A stretch of 61,497 nt of DNA, filler included, from Dimorphilus gyrociliatus (taxonomy: Eukaryota; Animalia; Annelida): the NCBI GenBank assembly GCA_904063045.1. It is 3 parts of 3 records of this genome, joined end to end, with 100 filler letters (N's around TTAATTAATTAA, not from the genome) between each part and the next. Parts side by side here need not be neighbours in the genome. Positions count along the whole stretch, not along the records: positions 50,037 to 61,497 come from CAJFCJ010000098.1; 2 more parts are not named here. One strand, given 5' to 3'. A program made the position numbers and the translations under genes. Positions 58,004 to 61,497 of this stretch are shown here, one piece after another. Each line of letters opens with the position of its first letter. Position 1 is the stretch's first letter. The notes beneath the pieces are model-generated. The model saw nothing but the letters and a program-made list of their open reading frames with translations, was not told where the DNA came from and did no database searches.

Positions 58004-61000
58004 TCAATAGTACTCAATATCAAAATCTTTATCATATATAACTTTGCAATCTTGAAACTTGTTCCTAATCAAATTGAATTCTTCCTCCTCTCCCTCTTTT
58101 GCCTCTTCTTGTTTTCCTTGTGTTTGTAGAAAACAATCCATAACATAAATTTTTTTCAAAGTTCCATTTGAAGATTGAAGAGCATCGCAAATCATTTCAA
58201 TATCATATTTATTGAAGACATTGCTTGATAAATCAATACTTATTAATGAAGTACAGTGTTGCAAGACATTTTCTAAATGTTTCAGTTGATCCTTTTTTAA
58301 ATAACATTCAGAAATTGAAAATATTTGTAGAGTGCTGGCAGACTGTTTAAGACCATTGCAAATTGCTTCAAATCCACAACTTTCCATTTGTGGATTATTT
58401 GTTAAATCAATATTCTCCAAAAGAGTGCATTCTTGTAGTAAATTTCCAAGTTGAATTGCCTGATCTTTTTGTATATTGCAACTATCAATATTAATAATTT
58501 TAAAACTATTAACATTAGATTTCAATCCTTGAAAAATTGCTTGAAATCCATCTTTTTCTATTTTTGGATTACTAGACATATCAAGTTTGTTTAGTAAAGA
58601 AGAATTTTGAAATATATTCCCCAAATACTTGCCATCATCATCCATTAAATTACAATTGTAAATGTTAATTTGTTGTAAAGTTTTAGCAGAAGATAAGAGC
58701 CCTTGGCAAATTATTTGAAATCCCTTTCCCATATTGGTATTTCCATTTAAATTGATATATTCTAATGAAGAACATTTCTGAAATGTATCTCCTAAAGAAA
58801 TTGCTTGTTCTTCGTGTAAATCGCAATGGCTGAAATTAATTTCTTTAAGTGTATTAGCAGAAGATTCAAGTCCATCACAAATTGTTTGAAATTCATCTTT
58901 TCCTATTCTTGAATTATTTGACAAATCAAGTTTAACTATTGAAGGACACTGTTGTAGTGTATTACCCAGAATTTTAGCATCATCACTTGCTAATTTACAG
59001 CTAGAAATATTGATTTGTTGCAAAGTTTTAGAAAATGATCTGCACGTTCCACAAATAAATCCAACTGCAAGTTCCATTTTGTGATTTGAAGATATATCAA
59101 TATTTACAACAGAACAGAATTCTCTTAATGTTCTTCCTAAGTATATTCCTTGAAACATATCCAAATTACAATGACTAACTTTGAATTGTTTCAAAGTATT
59201 AGCAGACAACAAGAGTCCATTTAGAATCAGTCTAAAACCATAACCCATTTGCCAATTGTATGACAAATCTATATCCTCTATATACTTGCACTTTTTCAAT
59301 AGCTTTCCCAAATATTTCCCTTCATTTTCTGTTAAATTACAATCACTAACATTGATGCATTTTAAACATTTAGCCAAAAATCCAAGCCCATCAAAAATAA
59401 ATTTGAATCCACTGCCCAATTTTCTATTCATTGATAAATCAATACTCTCTAGTGAAGAGCATTCTTTCAACATAGTACCCAAACATTTTACCTGATCATC
59501 TTTCAAGTTGCTATCACTAAGGTTGATTTGTTTTAAAAAATTTTTATTCAGAGATTGAAATTGATTAAAAATTACAAAAAATCCAATTTTTGTCTTGGTA
59601 TGTTGTTCTGAATTTACCCAACATTTCATAAGTGTATTTTTCCAAAATCTTTTCAATAGTCCATCTTTAACATTATGTTGAAATTGAGATAAATCAATAG
59701 TTTCAATTCTAACAGAATTGTTTCTTTTCATCCAGTTGAATAGCATTGTTAAATCTCCATCATTTGAATGAGTACATTCTGGATGTTTGTAAAACCATAA
59801 TCTCCTCTTCTCATCATTAAGACAAATAAATACAATTTCCTTTTCCCGAAATTTTATACAAAAACTATTGTGTTTGAGTTCTTCAACTGAAATGTGTTGC
59901 TTGTAATTTTTTAACATTTCCATATCTATATCAATAATTTTGCAGTTTTCAATCTTCAATTTTTTAAAAATCTTTCCTTCTTTTTTGATTTTAATCATTT
60001 GAAAAAATTCATTTCTTCCTCTTTTCCCAAAAATTTTATTTCCAATAAATAAATTTTCCAATAGAAATAAATTTTCAAAGAATTGAATTCTATTCTTGTG
60101 AAAATAGTTTTCTTTGATGTATGATTCATCAATAAATTCAGTGACGTAATTCCAGTTAAAAGTTGCATGTAGAGAATAATTTGTCGCTTGCAAATCACTG
60201 GATAAATTAATGATAAAATTGTAATGATTGGCATCAGTTTCACCAGATTTATTCCTTTTTATGTTTAATGTTTTCTGTCCAAATGTAATTTTTTCTATAT
60301 TTGTTGATATAATCAGATTTATCATGCTTTCTAAAGAAAACAATTCACCATTAAAAATTTCTTTAGATGATGTAATTTGGTGATTTTTTATTGAAAATTT
60401 TGTCAGAGTTTTACAATATGAAGAAAAGTATTCCATAAATGATGATGTTAAATTTATAGATATATTATCAAAGATGATATTCTCTAATCTTTGTCCTCTT
60501 TTCTCTAAGAGAGTAGCTAAGACATTTTCATCTAGCTTTTCATTTTCTAAAATTAGTACTTTATCATTTTTTAAACCTTGTTCTAGTAGATTTTTTAAAT
60601 TGTCTGTAAGATTAAACATTTGTCCTACAGTGCTAGAATTTAGCAGCAAATCTTTGAAAAGAGTTGAAGAACTGTGTTTTACAAATTCCAGAGTATTGTA
60701 GAAAATTAGATTGATTCTCCCCTTTAACAATTCATAAACATTATAAGAATTCATTGTAGATGAACAGAGGCCATTTTGAATTTCGAGTTGTTTAATAAGG
60801 AATTGAGAAGCGAAAAACTCTTGGAATGATGAATGATAAAAATGTAATTCCAGAAAACTTGATGATGTTGATGATGAAGTTGGAATAATATAAGCTAGAC
60901 CTTTAAGATTTTTCTCAGTAAACTCTTTTATCAAATCCAAATCTTTCTCCAAAATGATTTTACTTTTTCCAAGATTATCAAAGCATAATTTATGAAATTC

Positions 61001-61497
61001 TTCATTATTTTCACTGTATTTCTCTTGATCTTTGCTAAATTGATTCTTTTTGTAAACAATATCAATTAAACTTTGATATATTTGAGAAAGTGATTTATTA
61101 GAAATATCTCCATTTTGTGTCCATATATGGTAAAGAATTAATGCTATTAATGGAATTTCACATAACATTTTTATCCTTATATTCCTCTTGACAACGCCCT
61201 CTATAAATTTTATATTCCTGTTGTTATCTTCATTGGAAACAGCTAATTGGAAAAAAGATTCCATTCGATTAATATTCCATCCAGTTAATTCAAAAGTAAT
61301 GTCAAAGTTATTCTTAATATTTCTACTTTTCAGTTTCCTTGACCATATTGAGGTTGGAATATTGTAATGAGCCTGACCATTAATTATATCACTAAATTGC
61401 TGATTACCATGGTGAATTTCATGAGCTCCATCAAGAAAGAGAATGATATCATTTCTTTTCTCAAAGAAAAATGATTGAACAATATCCTGAGTAATAT
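58004..61497 (-). CDS. intronless NACHT-LRR (NLR-like) protein, 5' partial
   Basis: The frame stays open to the window edge. Walker B IILFLDGAHE, sensor-1-like IWSR, FELTGW, LCEIPL, winged-helix FYHSSFQEFFASQFL, then about 7 double (28/29-aa) RI-type LRR units. Confidence 0.9.
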   Translation of the reverse strand, partial: ITQDIVQSFFFEKRNDIILFLDGAHEIHHGNQQFSDIINGQAHYNIPTSIWSRKLKSRNIKNNFDITFELTGWNINRMESFFQLAVSNEDNNRNIKFIEGVVKRNIRIKMLCEIPLIALILYHIWTQNGDISNKSLSQIYQSLIDIVYKKNQFSKDQEKYSENNEEFHKLCFDNLGKSKIILEKDLDLIKEFTEKNLKGLAYIIPTSSSTSSSFLELHFYHSSFQEFFASQFLIKQLEIQNGLCSSTMNSYNVYELLKGRINLIFYNTLEFVKHSSSTLFKDLLLNSSTVGQMFNLTDNLKNLLEQGLKNDKVLILENEKLDENVLATLLEKRGQRLENIIFDNISINLTSSFMEYFSSYCKTLTKFSIKNHQITSSKEIFNGELFSLESMINLIISTNIEKITFGQKTLNIKRNKSGETDANHYNFIINLSSDLQATNYSLHATFNWNYVTEFIDESYIKENYFHKNRIQFFENLFLLENLFIGNKIFGKRGRNEFFQMIKIKKEGKIFKKLKIENCKIIDIDMEMLKNYKQHISVEELKHNSFCIKFREKEIVFICLNDEKRRLWFYKHPECTHSNDGDLTMLFNWMKRNNSVRIETIDLSQFQHNVKDGLLKRFWKNTLMKCWVNSEQHTKTKIGFFVIFNQFQSLNKNFLKQINLSDSNLKDDQVKCLGTMLKECSSLESIDLSMNRKLGSGFKFIFDGLGFLAKCLKCINVSDCNLTENEGKYLGKLLKKCKYIEDIDLSYNWQMGYGFRLILNGLLLSANTLKQFKVSHCNLDMFQGIYLGRTLREFCSVVNIDISSNHKMELAVGFICGTCRSFSKTLQQINISSCKLASDDAKILGNTLQQCPSIVKLDLSNNSRIGKDEFQTICDGLESSANTLKEINFSHCDLHEEQAISLGDTFQKCSSLEYINLNGNTNMGKGFQIICQGLLSSAKTLQQINIYNCNLMDDDGKYLGNIFQNSSLLNKLDMSSNPKIEKDGFQAIFQGLKSNVNSFKIINIDSCNIQKDQAIQLGNLLQECTLLENIDLTNNPQMESCGFEAICNGLKQSASTLQIFSISECYLKKDQLKHLENVLQHCTSLISIDLSSNVFNKYDIEMICDALQSSNGTLKKIYVMDCFLQTQGKQEEAKEGEEEEFNLIRNKFQDCKVIYDKDFDIEYY

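Overview
AT-rich eukaryotic DNA from a compact invertebrate genome: most introns are 50-80 nt, and the gene families look lophotrochozoan (inference). The window holds three contigs joined by artificial 100-nt N/TTAATTAATTAA spacers (18830-18929, 49937-50036). (1) Three paralogous spliced GRL101/RXFP-like receptors (<1-4151 +, 10728-16926 -, 35490-42984 +). Their architecture is signal peptide, SRCR-like, C-type-lectin-like, 6x LDLa, LRR, class A 7TM. Each then continues through three conserved extra exons (44, 209-212 and 141-144 nt) into a degenerate protein-kinase-like C-terminal tail. This apparent GPCR-pseudokinase fusion is hidden in the ORF track and is the best candidate for an undescribed system here. 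(2) Two near-identical, inverted copies of a Ty3/gypsy LTR retrotransposon with 943-bp LTRs. Its pol is fused in frame to a class III viral-fusogen-like env (rhabdovirus G / herpes gB / chuvirus G type). Gag appears to start inside the LTR and read through the tRNA primer-binding site, the two LTRs are mosaic in U5, and one LTR is shared with a truncated tandem element. (3) An intact FLYWCH-MULE transposase into which copy 1 seems inserted, related MITEs, MULE relics and Tc1 relics. (4) A ~181-bp-period degenerate repeat array enclosing an orphan 466-aa ORF. (5) A secreted discoidin/FAMeT-like gene, a PAN-domain gene, an orphan class A GPCR, and an intronless NACHT-LRR (NLR) gene with decayed LRR relatives. 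All domain assignments are by eye; no searches were run.
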